A stretch of 25,672 nt of DNA from a virus (taxonomy: Duplodnaviria; Caudoviricetes), in the IMG/VR virus record IMGVR_UViG_3300049924_000065, positions 1-25,672 of that record; one strand, given 5' to 3'. The notes below the pieces were generated by a model. That model was not told the DNA's origin. It made no database searches and saw only the letters and a list, made by a program, of their open reading frames with translations. Both the position numbers and the translations under genes were made by a program. Each line of letters begins with the position of its first letter. Within the stretch, counting starts at the first letter, position 1. Shown here in pieces: positions 25,589 to 25,672 of this stretch.

Positions 25589-25672
25589 TTATAAAGTTTG
25601 ATAATTTTGCTCAAACCTGCCGTTAAGATCAGCTTTAGCATTGCGCCGCATGGCGCTTACAGGAGCCTTACC
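25589..25672 (-). CDS. 3' end of an upstream head-module gene (...GKAPVSAMRRNAKADLNGRFEQNYQTL*), partial
   Basis: Open frame from the window edge to TAA at 25591-25589, just before the SD of the next gene. Confidence 0.5.
   Translation of the reverse strand, partial: GKAPVSAMRRNAKADLNGRFEQNYQTL

Noticed and set aside
1-25672. tRNA, CRISPR array, integrase, stop-codon reassignment
   Set aside because: No cloverleaf, repeat-spacer array or recombinase motif seen. TAA, TAG and TGA all end genes at sensible boundaries.

Overview
This window is part of a dsDNA podovirus-like phage genome with two convergent arms that meet at a bidirectional intrinsic terminator (~11592-11643). The + arm (1-11578) is a replication and nucleotide-metabolism module. 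It carries a family A DNA polymerase, an SPFH/band-7 lipoprotein with a membrane partner, a probable SSB, a 5'-3' exonuclease, five HNH-type nucleases, a metallophosphoesterase, a minimal HAD protein, a B12-dependent class II ribonucleotide reductase and several small ORFs, two of them membrane ORFs missing from the supplied track. The - arm (11646-25672) is the virion module: capsid accessory protein, major capsid protein, Zn-ribbon protein, a beta-helix-like fibre, head-tail adaptor, P22 gp10-like tail hub, tail fibre and three DNA-ejection proteins. The most notable observations are (1) a protein with all PAPS-dependent sulfotransferase motifs directly upstream of the first ejection protein, where P22/T7-like phages usually have an acetyltransferase-like gene; (2) a ~150-nt structured non-coding leader after the SSB gene with mutually exclusive folds and an anti-Shine-Dalgarno, a candidate RNA switch; (3) an identical 23-nt UUCG hairpin after both the SSB and major capsid genes; and (4) two near-consensus sigma70 promoters inside coding sequence. 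All calls come from reading motifs by eye; no searches or folding programs were run.
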